From an uncultured Pelagibacteraceae bacterium (GTDB taxonomy: Bacteria; Pseudomonadota; Alphaproteobacteria; Pelagibacterales; Pelagibacteraceae), in assembly GCA_902563435.1 (NCBI GenBank), contig CACEXE010000004.1:6990-70989 (forward strand): a stretch of DNA of 64,000 nucleotides. Direction: 5' to 3'. Shown here piece after piece: positions 28,868 through 39,965 of the stretch. The position numbers and the translations under genes are program-made. The notes beneath the pieces are model-generated. The model had not been told where the DNA came from, searched no databases, and worked only from the letters and a program-made list of their open reading frames with translations. Numbering within the stretch: the stretch's first letter is position 1; each line of letters opens with the position of its first letter.

Positions 28868-30228
28868 TATTTAAATTTCCACGAGGTTTTACCATCTTTA
28901 TCCTCTATTTGAACTCCTTTTTCCAAAAGCTCATTTCGAATTTTATCAGCTAATTCGTAATTTTTGTCATTTCTAGCCTGATTTCGTTCTTTAATTTTTG
29001 TTTCAATTATCTCTTCGCTTAAATCAGATTTATTTTTTTTAAATTTATCCCATTCATCTTTTGTCTCCGTTAACAATCCTACAAAATTACATGCAGATAC
29101 AAATTCTTGTTTATCTTCCAAATTACCTGATTGAGATTTTTCATATAGCTTATGAAGGTTGGCTATATATTTTGGTGTATTTAAATCGTCATACAAAGGA
29201 TAAAGATCATCATCAGAGATAAGTTTGGGCTTATCCAGTTCTACATAGCTTTTATACCATTTATCGATTGTTTTTTGACTTTCCTCTAAAAGTTTATCAT
29301 TCCAATCTAAAGGCTGTCTATACTGTGCACTAATTAAAGCTAGTCTTAGAGCTTGACCATTCACATTATTTTTAAAATCACTTATCTTTAAAATATTACC
29401 TTGTGATTTTGCCATTTTTTCATTTGATATGGTTATAAATCCATTATGTACCCAATAATTTGAAAAAACTTCAGTATCATTAGCACAACGTGATTGTGCA
29501 ATTTCATTTTCATGATGTGGGAATATTAAATCTCTGCCTCCCCCGTGAATATCAAACTTATCACCAAGATATTTTTTGGACATTACTGAACATTCTAAAT
29601 GCCAGCCTGGTCTTCCCTTTCCCCACGGTGATGGCCAGCTAGGCTCATCTTCACTTGAGGGCTTCCATAATACAAAGTCTTCAGCATTTTTCTTATTACT
29701 TGATACTTCTACTCTAGACCCAGATATTAAATCTTCTATTTTTTTATTTGATAATTTTCCATAATCCTTAAATTTTTTAACTTCAAAATAAATATGCTTC
29801 TTACTTTCATAAGCAAAACCTTTCTCAATTAAACTACTGGTCATATTGATCATTTCATTTATATTTTCTGTCGCTTTAGGCTGGACGTTAGGTTCCTCAC
29901 AATTAAGATAATTACAATCTTGTTGGAAATTTAAATTTATCTTATGGGTTAATTCAGAGATTGTAATTTTTTTATCTTTTGCAGATTGAATTATTTTATC
30001 ATCAATATCTGTAATATTTCTGACATACGTAACATTTTCTTTACCATATTTACATTTTAAAACTTTAAAAAGAATATCAAATACAACTAATGGCCTTGCA
30101 TTACCTATATGTGGATCATCATAAACTGTAGGACCACAAACATACATTTTAACTTTATTTTTATCTATTGGCTGAAACTTTTCTTTTTTTCCACCATAGC
30201 TATTTGTTAAAAAAATATCTTTATTCAT
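28867..30228 (-). CDS. cysS: Cysteine--tRNA ligase
   Basis: CGPTVY, HIGN, GRPGWHLEC and KMAKS motifs. Confidence 0.97.
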   Translation of the reverse strand: MNKDIFLTNSYGGKKEKFQPIDKNKVKMYVCGPTVYDDPHIGNARPLVVFDILFKVLKCKYGKENVTYVRNITDIDDKIIQSAKDKKITISELTHKINLNFQQDCNYLNCEEPNVQPKATENINEMINMTSSLIEKGFAYESKKHIYFEVKKFKDYGKLSNKKIEDLISGSRVEVSSNKKNAEDFVLWKPSSEDEPSWPSPWGKGRPGWHLECSVMSKKYLGDKFDIHGGGRDLIFPHHENEIAQSRCANDTEVFSNYWVHNGFITISNEKMAKSQGNILKISDFKNNVNGQALRLALISAQYRQPLDWNDKLLEESQKTIDKWYKSYVELDKPKLISDDDLYPLYDDLNTPKYIANLHKLYEKSQSGNLEDKQEFVSACNFVGLLTETKDEWDKFKKNKSDLSEEIIETKIKERNQARNDKNYELADKIRNELLEKGVQIEDKDGKTSWKFK

Positions 30229-30273
30229 TATTCAAGGAATATACTTTAATTATAGATTTGTGAATCTATTTGA

Positions 30274-31011
30274 TTAGCTTGGAATCTTGCAAACTGGAAT
30301 TGGATCCATTTTATGCAAATTTGCGTTTCTTATTTGGATATATTTTTCTCTATTTTTTGAATTTTCATTTTCCATTGCTTCTTCAAGTTCTTTATAACTT
30401 AAACCAAGCTGACCTTCATCTGTCCTGCCATCATCCCATAAACCGTCTGTTGGGGGTGCATCAATAATCTCTTGTAAAATTTTTAATTCTTTCCCTAATT
30501 CCCAAACTTCTGTTTTATTGCAATCAGCTATTGGAGATATATCAACTCCACCATCTCCATACTTTGTATAAAAACCTACTCCAAAATCTTCAACTTTATT
30601 TCCAGTACCAACCACTATTCCATTATTGGCTGCTGCAACTTGATACAAGGTTGTCATTCTTAATCTAGCTCTAGAGTTTGCCATACCATGCAAACTATTA
30701 AAATCTTTTAAAGTATTTTCAAATGTAGAAAAAAGACTGTCAAGCTCAACAGTAATACCCTCAACATTTTTAAAATTTTGTTTTAGCCATTCCTGATGCT
30801 TTAAACTTAAATCATGTTGTGCACTTTTTTGTTTTATTGGCATAGATAAGACAATTGTTTTAAGTCCTGTCATTGCACTTAAGGTGCTCGAAACAGAAGA
30901 ATCAATTCCTCCAGAAATTCCAATTACTAGAGACTCGGCTTTTTTTGGCATCGAATTTACGTAATTCAATATCCAGTCCTTAATAAATTTAACTTTTTGG
31001 TTTGGTTTCAT
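30274..31011 (-). CDS. nadE: NH3-dependent NAD+ synthetase
   Basis: SGGIDS, ARLRM and TKYGDG motifs; no glutaminase domain. Confidence 0.93.
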   Translation of the reverse strand: MKPNQKVKFIKDWILNYVNSMPKKAESLVIGISGGIDSSVSSTLSAMTGLKTIVLSMPIKQKSAQHDLSLKHQEWLKQNFKNVEGITVELDSLFSTFENTLKDFNSLHGMANSRARLRMTTLYQVAAANNGIVVGTGNKVEDFGVGFYTKYGDGGVDISPIADCNKTEVWELGKELKILQEIIDAPPTDGLWDDGRTDEGQLGLSYKELEEAMENENSKNREKYIQIRNANLHKMDPIPVCKIPS

Positions 31012-31048
31012 GCTTAAAATATAATAATTAATTTAAAAAATTAAATGA

Positions 31049-32428
31049 TTAAGATGCCGCTCTAATACCATTTTTAGCATACAAGGTATTCTTTTTAATC
31101 TCATCTGAAATCAAAAAAGCTAACTCTAGGGCTTGGTTAGCATTAAGTCTAGGATCACATTGAGTGTGATATCTGCTTGATAAATCTGTATCTGATATTT
31201 TTTGTGCTCCACCAGTACATTCTGTCACATTTTGACCAGTCATTTCAATATGAAGTCCTCCTGCATACGATCCTTCGCTTTGATGTACACCAAATACATT
31301 TTTAACTTCATTTAATACGTTGTTAAAAGGTCTTGTTTTAAATCCTGTAGTTGATTTAATCGTATTTCCATGCATCGGGTCACATGACCAGATAACGTTA
31401 AGTCCCTCTTTTTTAATTCCTCGTATAAGTTTTGGTAAATATTTTTCAACTTGATCATGACCAAATCTAGAAATTAATGTAATTTTACCTTTATCATTTT
31501 TAGGATTTATCAGCTCACAAATTTTGGCTATCTCTTCAGGTTTAGAAGTTGGGCCACATTTAATTCCAATTGGGTTTTCAATACCTCTACAAAACTCAAC
31601 ATGACCACCATCAATTTGTCTTGTTCTGTCTCCTATCCATACAAAATGTGCTGAGGTATCATGATATTCACCCGTGGTAGAATCTATTCTTGTCATAGTT
31701 TCCTCAAATGGTAAATGCAACGCTTCGTGCGATGTCCAGAAATTAACAGTGTATAATCTTCTGTTAAAATCTGATGTAATTCCACAAGCTTCCATAAAAG
31801 CTAGAGCATCTGCAATTTTATCTTCTAATTCCTTGAATTTTTTAGCTTGTGCAGCAGATTTGATATAACCTAAATTCCATAGATGGACTTTTTTTAGATC
31901 AGCAAATCCACCATTAGAAAATGCTCTTATTAAATTTAATGTAGAGGCTGATTGAGAGTATGCTCTAAATAATCTTTTTGGATCCGGAACTCTTGCTGCT
32001 TCAGTAAATTCCATACCATTAATATTGTCTCCTAAATAACTTGGTAACTCTACTTCCCCTTGCTTTTCTGTAGGAGCACTTCTAGGTTTTGAAAACTGAC
32101 CAGCAATTCTTCCTAGTTTTACAACTGGTAAAGATGCTGAATAAGTCAATACTAATGACATTTGAAGCATTAGTTTAAAATAATCTCTAATATTATCTGG
32201 GTTAAATTCTGCAAAACTCTCAGCACAATCTCCACCTTGCAATAAGAAAGCCTTACCATCAACAACGTTTGCAAGTTGATCTTTAAGATGTCTAGTTTCA
32301 CCGGCAAATACTAAGGGAGGGAAATTTTTTAATTTATTTAAAACTAAATTTAATTCCTCTTCATCCTTATACTCAGGGATGTGCTTAACTGGATGGTTTC
32401 TCCAACTATTTGCTTTCCATTTTTTCAT
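31049..32428 (-). CDS. Class II DAHP synthase
   Basis: GGDCAE, RIAGQFSKPRS, WIGDRTR, DPMHGN and CDPRLN motifs. Confidence 0.95.
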   Translation of the reverse strand: MKKWKANSWRNHPVKHIPEYKDEEELNLVLNKLKNFPPLVFAGETRHLKDQLANVVDGKAFLLQGGDCAESFAEFNPDNIRDYFKLMLQMSLVLTYSASLPVVKLGRIAGQFSKPRSAPTEKQGEVELPSYLGDNINGMEFTEAARVPDPKRLFRAYSQSASTLNLIRAFSNGGFADLKKVHLWNLGYIKSAAQAKKFKELEDKIADALAFMEACGITSDFNRRLYTVNFWTSHEALHLPFEETMTRIDSTTGEYHDTSAHFVWIGDRTRQIDGGHVEFCRGIENPIGIKCGPTSKPEEIAKICELINPKNDKGKITLISRFGHDQVEKYLPKLIRGIKKEGLNVIWSCDPMHGNTIKSTTGFKTRPFNNVLNEVKNVFGVHQSEGSYAGGLHIEMTGQNVTECTGGAQKISDTDLSSRYHTQCDPRLNANQALELAFLISDEIKKNTLYAKNGIRAAS

Positions 32429-32481
32429 AATACAATCAGGAAGTGTATATACACATGAATTAAAAAAGTAAATTATTTAAA

Positions 32482-33207
32482 TTATGAGGATAATTTAAAA
32501 ACAATAATACCAATAATTTCCCTAAAAAATAAGTTAAAATTAGCTAAATTCCTACTTATGTTAAAATCTTGGTAAATATTTATTAATGAACTTTGACGAT
32601 TTGATTTAGGGTCAACAACATAAGGAATTAATTTTAACCCAAAATCTTTTGCAATAATTATAGATCTCTTCATGTGGTAAGCAGATGTGATTAAAACTGT
32701 TCTTGAATCATTAAGGTTTAATTTTTCAATTTCTTTAAAATTTTCTATTGTATTTCTTGATTGACCAACAAATTTTACTCTTGTCATATCAAAGTTCAAT
32801 TCCTCATAAATTTTTTTAGCTTTGTTAATTTCATCATTCATATCGCTCTTTATTAAATATGCATTTCCACCAACATAATAGATTTCTGTATTTTTGTATT
32901 TATTTCCTAATTTGATTGAAGCTAACAATCTATAATCAGAACCTGATAATACTACAATATTATCAATATTTTGATAACTCTCTTTATTCAAAAAATCTTT
33001 TTCAAGATACTTTAATCCAAAATTTCCAATAGGTAGAAAGGAAATAATTGATAATAAAAAGATAGTGATAGTCAATAATTTAAAAATAATCTTTTTTTTA
33101 TTTTTATAATAAATAATAAATAAAATTATTAGTGCTAAAAATAAAAAATTAGTTGGATTTAATAATGGTGCTAAAATTTTTGATAAGTAAAAGTACAAAT
33201 TATTCAA
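32482..33207 (-). CDS. YdcF/ElyC (DUF218) family envelope protein
   Basis: N-terminal TMs; SRNTIEN and ITSAYHMKRS motifs. Confidence 0.8.
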   Translation of the reverse strand: MNNLYFYLSKILAPLLNPTNFLFLALIILFIIYYKNKKKIIFKLLTITIFLLSIISFLPIGNFGLKYLEKDFLNKESYQNIDNIVVLSGSDYRLLASIKLGNKYKNTEIYYVGGNAYLIKSDMNDEINKAKKIYEELNFDMTRVKFVGQSRNTIENFKEIEKLNLNDSRTVLITSAYHMKRSIIIAKDFGLKLIPYVVDPKSNRQSSLINIYQDFNISRNLANFNLFFREIIGIIVFKLSS

Positions 33208-35020
33208 CTGTTACAGATTTTGCTAAATTTCTTGGTTTATCTATATCATAACCTTTTTCAAGTGCTGAATAAAAAGCGAGTTTTTGAAGAGGAATCGTAA
33301 CTAGAAACGGAATTAATTCATCATTTAATTTATCAACTTCTATTTGTTCCCAGATATTTTCAGAAACAACCTCATCTTTATTTTTATTTGTTATTAGTAA
33401 AACTTTTGCTCCTCTTGCAATAACCTCCTGCATATTTGACATTGTTTTTTTATAGTGATCATCTCTAGGTGCTATAACAACTACTGGCATACCTTCTTCT
33501 ATCAAGGCTAATGGTCCATGCTTCATTTCACCTGCAGGATAACCCTCGGCATGAACATAGGCTAATTCTTTTAACTTTAAGGCACCCTCTAAGGCAATTG
33601 GAAAAGAGTAGCCTCTACCTAAAAACATACATCCTTTGGCGTGTGCAAAAACTTTACCAATATTTAAAAGTTTATGATCTAATTTGAGCGTTTTTTTTGC
33701 TGAATTAGATAGTGATAGTAAATTTTTAATTTTAGATTGATAATCTTTCTTTGTAATAAATTTTTGATCAAAAGAAATTTTTATAGATAGAATATATAGC
33801 ACTAACATTTGTCCAAGAAATGCTTTTGTAGATGCAACACCAATTTCTTGACCACAATAAATAGGTAAAACTAAATCAGCATCTCTCGCTATTGAACTTT
33901 CAACAACATTTACAACTGCGCAGGTTTTCATTTTATTTTTTTTACATAATTCTAAAGCTGCATAAGTATCTGCAGTTTCACCAGATTGTGAAACAAAAAC
34001 ATACAAGCAATCTTTTTTAAATCTAACCTTTCGATATCTAAATTCTGAAGCTATATCGATACTCACATCGAGATTTGTATTTTGTTCCAGCCAATATTTT
34101 GCTACTAAACATGAGTGATAGGCTGTACCACAACCAATGAGTACAATTGATTGAAAAGAGTTTATCTTCCAAGGAAAATTATAAATATTTATCTGGTTGT
34201 TATATCTATCAACATACTCATTAATGCAATCATTAATGGTCGACGGCTGCTCGTCTATTTCTTTCTCCATGAAATATTTATAATCACCTTTATCATAATG
34301 AATATCTTCTTTAGAGAGATTCATTACTTTTTTATTTATTTTTACTCCATTGCCTTCAAAAAACTCTATTTGATCTTTTTTGATAATACAAAATTCTCCA
34401 TCCTCTAAATAAGAGATTTTGTTTGTCATAGATTTCAATGCGTATGAATCTGATCCTAGATAATTTTCATTTGGCCCATATCCTACCGCTAAAGGCGACC
34501 CTCTCCTGGCACCAACCATTAAATCATCTCGATCTTTAAAAATTACCCCAAGAGCAAAACTACCGTGAAGTTTTTTCAAAACCTTAATAATAGTATTTTT
34601 CAAAGAATTTTTTTTTAAGTAATCTGTAACAAGATGAGCTATTACCTCAGTATCAGTTTGTGACTTAAATACATATCCCTTTTTCTCTAAAAATTTTTTT
34701 AAAATTGTTGAGTTTTCTATTATACCGTTATGTACAACAGAAACCTGTTCTGATGAATGTGGATGAGCGTTAATTTTACTTGGTTTACCATGAGTTGCCC
34801 ATCTTACATGGCCAATGCCAATATCTCCTTTAAGATTAAATTTTAATATGTCTTTTTCTAATATATCAACTCTACCTTCACACTTTACCTCATTAATATT
34901 TCCATCAACAAGAGTTGCTATTCCAGCAGAGTCATATCCTCTATATTCTAGTTTTTTTAATGAATTAACTATTCTACTAGAAACTTCATTTGTACTTATT
35001 ATTCCTATTATTCCACACAT
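33200..35020 (-). CDS. glmS: Glutamine--fructose-6-phosphate aminotransferase
   Basis: MCGI, EYRGYDSAG, SQSGET and PRNLAKSVTVE motifs. Confidence 0.97.
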   Translation of the reverse strand: MCGIIGIISTNEVSSRIVNSLKKLEYRGYDSAGIATLVDGNINEVKCEGRVDILEKDILKFNLKGDIGIGHVRWATHGKPSKINAHPHSSEQVSVVHNGIIENSTILKKFLEKKGYVFKSQTDTEVIAHLVTDYLKKNSLKNTIIKVLKKLHGSFALGVIFKDRDDLMVGARRGSPLAVGYGPNENYLGSDSYALKSMTNKISYLEDGEFCIIKKDQIEFFEGNGVKINKKVMNLSKEDIHYDKGDYKYFMEKEIDEQPSTINDCINEYVDRYNNQINIYNFPWKINSFQSIVLIGCGTAYHSCLVAKYWLEQNTNLDVSIDIASEFRYRKVRFKKDCLYVFVSQSGETADTYAALELCKKNKMKTCAVVNVVESSIARDADLVLPIYCGQEIGVASTKAFLGQMLVLYILSIKISFDQKFITKKDYQSKIKNLLSLSNSAKKTLKLDHKLLNIGKVFAHAKGCMFLGRGYSFPIALEGALKLKELAYVHAEGYPAGEMKHGPLALIEEGMPVVVIAPRDDHYKKTMSNMQEVIARGAKVLLITNKNKDEVVSENIWEQIEVDKLNDELIPFLVTIPLQKLAFYSALEKGYDIDKPRNLAKSVTVE

Positions 35021-35638
35021 TTATTTTTTTTTATAATTTTTAACTTCAATTTGCTCAGCTCTCGTTAGGGCTAATGAGTTTTTTGAAACTTTTTTGGTTA
35101 TAACTGATCCTGCACCAATTGTACTTTTTTTTTCAATCCTAATTGGGGCAACAAGTGATGAATTTGAGCCAACAAAAACACCATTATCAATTATTGTTTT
35201 GCTTTTTTTAACTCCATCATAATTACATGTAATTGTTCCCGCACCAATGTTTACTTTTTTTCCTAAATTTGAGTCCCCAATATATGAGAGATGATTCAAT
35301 TTTGAATTATTTCCTACAATACTTTTTTTTACCTCTACGAAATTTCCAATTTTTGATCCTGATTTAAGTACTGTGCCAGGTCTTAACCTTGCGTAGGGAC
35401 CAACATTTACATTATTTTCGATTTTTACTCCCTCTAAATGCGAAAAAGATAAAATTCTTACATTGTTTCCAACAGAAACTTTGTCTGCAATTACTACATA
35501 GGGTTCGATAGTCACATTTTTTCCTATTTTTGTATTTTTAGAAAAAAAAACAGTTTCTGGCGCAACCATTTTAACACCTTTTTTTAAAAATTTGTTTCTG
35601 AGTTTTAATTGTATATTTTTAAAATTTATTTGTTTCAT
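35021..35638 (-). CDS. glmU: GlmU acetyltransferase (left-handed beta-helix) domain only
   Basis: GPYARLRP, GNFVEVK, HLSYIGD and GAGTITCNYDG motifs; 205 aa with no uridyltransferase domain. Confidence 0.85.
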   Translation of the reverse strand: MKQINFKNIQLKLRNKFLKKGVKMVAPETVFFSKNTKIGKNVTIEPYVVIADKVSVGNNVRILSFSHLEGVKIENNVNVGPYARLRPGTVLKSGSKIGNFVEVKKSIVGNNSKLNHLSYIGDSNLGKKVNIGAGTITCNYDGVKKSKTIIDNGVFVGSNSSLVAPIRIEKKSTIGAGSVITKKVSKNSLALTRAEQIEVKNYKKK

Positions 35639-35705
35639 TGATATTTTTATATAATTCAGTATTAGTTTAATTAATTCACAATTTATTTCTTAATAATACT
35701 TTTAC

Positions 35706-36386
35706 ATGACACGAAAATTTACTGTTATATTTGATCTAGACGGAACACTAGTTGACACCGCACCAGATTTAATGCTGGCACATAACCATGTTATGAGTAA
35801 ATTTGGTTATCCGACCAAATCTTTAGGTGAATTAAAAAGTGCTGTTGGTCATGGTGCGGGTGCAATGATTGGGAGATCAATATGGAGCCAAGCCAAAAAA
35901 GAATTAAGTTCGATTGATGAAAAAATTAAAAGTGAAATGACCGATGAGTTCATTTCATATTATGGTAGAAACATTTTAAATGAAAGTACTCTGGTCAGAG
36001 GTGTAAAAGATTTTTTAAATTGGTGTAAAAATAAAGACATATTAATGGCTGTTTGCACAAACAAAACTGAACATCTGGCTGTTGATCTTTTAAAAAAAAT
36101 TGGAATTTATGATTATTTTGAATATGTGGCAGGCTATAATACATTTGAGTATTGCAAACCTGACCCGAGACATATAACAACAATTATAGAAATTCTTGAT
36201 GGTGATATAAATAGATCAGTTATGATTGGAGACAGTGAGTCAGATGCAAATGCTGCTAAAGCGGCTGAAATCCCAATGATTTTGTTAGAGGATGGATATA
36301 CAGAAAAAAAAATTGATGAAATTTATCATAATCACTTAATAAAAGACTTTGTAGATATTGATAAAATTATCTCTAAATATCTTTAA
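35706..36386 (+). CDS. gph: HAD hydrolase, phosphoglycolate phosphatase-like
   Basis: DLDGTLVD, TNK, KPDP and MIGD motifs. Confidence 0.8.
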   Translation: MTRKFTVIFDLDGTLVDTAPDLMLAHNHVMSKFGYPTKSLGELKSAVGHGAGAMIGRSIWSQAKKELSSIDEKIKSEMTDEFISYYGRNILNESTLVRGVKDFLNWCKNKDILMAVCTNKTEHLAVDLLKKIGIYDYFEYVAGYNTFEYCKPDPRHITTIIEILDGDINRSVMIGDSESDANAAKAAEIPMILLEDGYTEKKIDEIYHNHLIKDFVDIDKIISKYL

Positions 36387-36439
36387 TATTGATTAATTTA
36401 TTTTAACTATTAAAACAAAATCATAATTAAGGAGTTATT

Positions 36440-37942
36440 TTGTTGCTAAGCACTGTTAAGGTATATCCATCAAAAATCAATCTTCCAAAGAAGAAACAGC
36501 TCGCATGGAAAATAGCAGAGATTGCAAGTGACAATGCGAAGTTAAATAAAGACTCAATTGATATGGTTATCAATAGAATAATTGATAATGCCTCTGTAGC
36601 AATAGCATCATTAAATCGAAAACCAGTTATCTCTGCTCGTGATATGGCAAGAGGACATTTAAGAAACTCAGGTTCAACTTTATTTGGGGTAAATTCAAGA
36701 ATAAAATTTGATACTGAGTGGGCAGCGTGGGCAAATGGAACTGCTGTTAGAGAATTAGATTTTCATGATACCTTTTTGGCAGCCGATTATAGCCATCCAG
36801 GTGATAACATCCCCCCCATACTGGCTGTTGGTGAAAAGCTTAAAAAAAGTGGAGTAGACCTTCTAAGAGGAATTATTACCGCTTATGAAGTTCAGGTTAA
36901 TTTAGTTAAAGGAATTTGTCTGCACAAACATAAAATAGATCACATAGCACACTTAGGACCAAGTGTTGCCGCAGGAATTGGCTCAATGCTAAAATTAAAT
37001 ACTGAAACTATTTATCAAGCGGTTCAACAAGCTCTGCATGTTACTATTTCAACACGTCAATCTAGAAAAGGCGAAATATCAAGCTGGAAAGCATACGCAC
37101 CAGCTCATGCAGGTAAATTAGCAATTGAGGCTGTTGATAGAGCAATGAGAGGCGAAGGCGCGCCAAGCCCTATTTATGAGGGTGAAGACAGCGTTATTGC
37201 AAGAATATTAGACGGGAAGAATGCAAAATATAAAATTTCTCTTCCAAAAAAGAATGAACCAAAAAAAGCAATTTTGGAAACTTATACAAAAGAATATTCA
37301 GCTGAATACCAAGCTCAAGCACTTATAGATATAGGTAAAAAATTAAATAAAAGAATTCAAGATTTAAAAAACATAAAAAAAATTGATATTTACACTAGTC
37401 ATCATACGCATTTTGTTATTGGAACAGGTGCGAATGACCCTCAAAAAATGGATCCAAATGCATCAAGAGAAACTTTAGATCACTCTATAATGTATATTTT
37501 TGCTGTAGCTTTAGAGGATGCAGATTGGCATCATGTAAAATCATATACTAAATCAAGAGCGAACAAAAAAAGCACAATAAAAATATGGAAATCTATAGAG
37601 ACACATGAAGACAAAAAATGGACTAAAAAATATCATCATCCAGATCCAAAAAAGAAATCATTTGGTGCAAAAGTTGTTGTTACTTTAAACAATGGTAAAA
37701 AGGTTTCAGAAGAGCTAGAACGAGCTGATGCACATCCGTACGGAGCAAGACCTTTCCAAAGAAAAGATTATATTAAAAAATTTTTAACATTAACTAATAA
37801 AATATTATCAAAAAAAGAAAGTGATAGATTTATAAAAACTGTACAAAATCTTAAAAAGTTAAAAAAAGGAAGTCTTAATAAATTAAATATTGAGGTAAGT
37901 AGAAAATATTTAAAGAAAAATAATAAAAAAGGGATTTTTTAG
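36440..37942 (+). CDS. prpD: 2-methylcitrate dehydratase (MmgE/PrpD)
   Basis: [18 protein letters not shown] and ETLDHS motifs; AAGGAG RBS before TTG. Confidence 0.88.
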   Translation: MLLSTVKVYPSKINLPKKKQLAWKIAEIASDNAKLNKDSIDMVINRIIDNASVAIASLNRKPVISARDMARGHLRNSGSTLFGVNSRIKFDTEWAAWANGTAVRELDFHDTFLAADYSHPGDNIPPILAVGEKLKKSGVDLLRGIITAYEVQVNLVKGICLHKHKIDHIAHLGPSVAAGIGSMLKLNTETIYQAVQQALHVTISTRQSRKGEISSWKAYAPAHAGKLAIEAVDRAMRGEGAPSPIYEGEDSVIARILDGKNAKYKISLPKKNEPKKAILETYTKEYSAEYQAQALIDIGKKLNKRIQDLKNIKKIDIYTSHHTHFVIGTGANDPQKMDPNASRETLDHSIMYIFAVALEDADWHHVKSYTKSRANKKSTIKIWKSIETHEDKKWTKKYHHPDPKKKSFGAKVVVTLNNGKKVSEELERADAHPYGARPFQRKDYIKKFLTLTNKILSKKESDRFIKTVQNLKKLKKGSLNKLNIEVSRKYLKKNNKKGIF

Positions 37943-38839
37943 ATGCATTTTGTTGAGAAAGATACAACACAAAAAAGAATTGATCTAGATACCAAACTTA
38001 AATCCAATAAAATTCTAAGAGTACCTGGTGCGTTCAATCCATTGACAGCTAAATTAATAGAGGAGATTGGTTACGATGCTGTTTATGTATCTGGTGGAGT
38101 AATGGCTAACGATTTAGGATTTCCTGATATTGGCCTAACAACACTTCAGGATGTAAGCACTAGATCTTATCTCATCTCGAGAGTAACAAACCTTCCAACA
38201 ATTGTTGATATTGATACTGGATTTAAATCCTGCAAAGAAACTATTGAGACATTTGAAGAGTTTGGAGTTGCGGCTGTTCATTTAGAGGATCAAATTGAGC
38301 AGAAAAGATGTGGTCACCTAGATAATAAGGAACTAATAACTAAAGAAAAAATGGTGTCTAAGATTAAAGAGTGCGTGAATGCTAGAAAAGATAATAATTT
38401 CAAAATTATAGCTAGATCAGATGCAAAAAGTGTTGAAGGAATAGACAGTATGATCGATAGATGTAAAGCATATGCTGATGCTGGTGCTGAGGTAATATTT
38501 CCAGAAGCTTTAAAAGATGAAAAAGAATTTGAAATAGTTAGAAAATCCCTCGGATGTTATCTTTTGGCTAATATGACGGAGTTTGGAAAATCTAAATTAC
38601 TTGATTATAAAAAACTAGAGAGTCTTGGATACAATATTGTTATTTATCCAGTCTCTACTCAAAGATTAGCGATGAAAAATGTAGAGGATGGACTACGTGC
38701 CATTTTTGCTGATGGACATCAAAACAATATTATTGATAAAATGCAAACGCGGAAAAGGTTGTATGATTTAGTAGAATACGAAAAATATAATGCTTTAGAC
38801 GAAAAGATTTATAATTTTAATACAGATGGACACGAATAA
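37943..38839 (+). CDS. prpB: 2-methylisocitrate lyase
   Basis: KRCGH and LANMTEFG motifs. Confidence 0.92.
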   Translation: MHFVEKDTTQKRIDLDTKLKSNKILRVPGAFNPLTAKLIEEIGYDAVYVSGGVMANDLGFPDIGLTTLQDVSTRSYLISRVTNLPTIVDIDTGFKSCKETIETFEEFGVAAVHLEDQIEQKRCGHLDNKELITKEKMVSKIKECVNARKDNNFKIIARSDAKSVEGIDSMIDRCKAYADAGAEVIFPEALKDEKEFEIVRKSLGCYLLANMTEFGKSKLLDYKKLESLGYNIVIYPVSTQRLAMKNVEDGLRAIFADGHQNNIIDKMQTRKRLYDLVEYEKYNALDEKIYNFNTDGHE

Positions 38840-39963
38840 TGAGTGACGAAATCAAAAAAGGTTTACTTGGTATAGTTGTTGACGAAACAGAAGTTTCCAA
38901 AGTAATGCCAGAGATTAATTCTTTAACTTATAGAGGATATGCTGCTCAAGATTTATGTTCAAAATGTAAATTTGAAGAGGTTGCTTATCTTATACTAAAT
39001 GGTGAACTGCCAACTAAAAAACAATTAAACAAATTTGAGAAAGAAGAAAAAAAAGAAAGAAAATTATCTAAAACTTTATTAGATGATATCAAAAAATTTC
39101 CAAAAAGAGCTCATCCTATGGATGTAGCAAGAACAGCTGTAAGTATAATGGGGTTAGAGGATAAAGACACAAAAGATAACTCTCCTAAAGCAAACATGAG
39201 AAAAGTAATGAGAATTTTTGCAAAAATGCCAGTTGCACTAGCTGCTTTTTATAGAGCAAGAAAAGGAAAAAAAATTATACCACCAAAAAGTAAACTTTCA
39301 TTTTCTGAAAACTTTTTTCATATGTGTTTTGGAAAAGTACCAAATAAAGAGATTGTAAAAGCGTTTGATGTATCTCTTATTCTGTATGCAGAACATAGTT
39401 TTAATGTTTCTACATTTACTGCTAGAACAATCACAAGTAGTTTATCAGATATTCATGGTGCAATAACTGGCGCAATAGCTAGTTTAAAAGGACCCCTTCA
39501 TGGCGGTGCTAACGAAGAGGTAATGCATATGATGAATAAAATTAAAAAACCTGAGAACGCACTTAAATGGATAAATAAAGCTTTAGATAATAAAGATGTA
39601 GTTATGGGTTTTGGTCACAGAGTTTACAAAAGTGGAGACTCTAGAGTTCCAACCATGAGAGAATATTTTGGCAAAGTTGCTAAAATTAAAAAAGACAAAA
39701 AATTTGAAAAAATTTACGATATTGTAGAAAAAGTGATGATAGACAGAAAAAATATTCATCCAAATGTAGACTACCCTACTGGACCAACTTATCATTTAAT
39801 GGGATTTGATACTGATTTTTTCACTCCGATTTTTGTTATTTCAAGAATTACTGGCTGGTCAGCTCATATTATAGAACAACATGCAGCAAATAAGCTAATT
39901 AGACCACTAGCTAGCTATAAAGGTAGCAAACATCGAAGGGTTCTTCAATTAAATCAAAGATAA
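38839..39963 (+). CDS. prpC: 2-methylcitrate synthase/citrate synthase
   Basis: GPLHGGANE, GFGHRVY and NVDY motifs; prp operon context. Confidence 0.9.
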   Translation: MSDEIKKGLLGIVVDETEVSKVMPEINSLTYRGYAAQDLCSKCKFEEVAYLILNGELPTKKQLNKFEKEEKKERKLSKTLLDDIKKFPKRAHPMDVARTAVSIMGLEDKDTKDNSPKANMRKVMRIFAKMPVALAAFYRARKGKKIIPPKSKLSFSENFFHMCFGKVPNKEIVKAFDVSLILYAEHSFNVSTFTARTITSSLSDIHGAITGAIASLKGPLHGGANEEVMHMMNKIKKPENALKWINKALDNKDVVMGFGHRVYKSGDSRVPTMREYFGKVAKIKKDKKFEKIYDIVEKVMIDRKNIHPNVDYPTGPTYHLMGFDTDFFTPIFVISRITGWSAHIIEQHAANKLIRPLASYKGSKHRRVLQLNQR

Positions 39964-39965
39964 TC

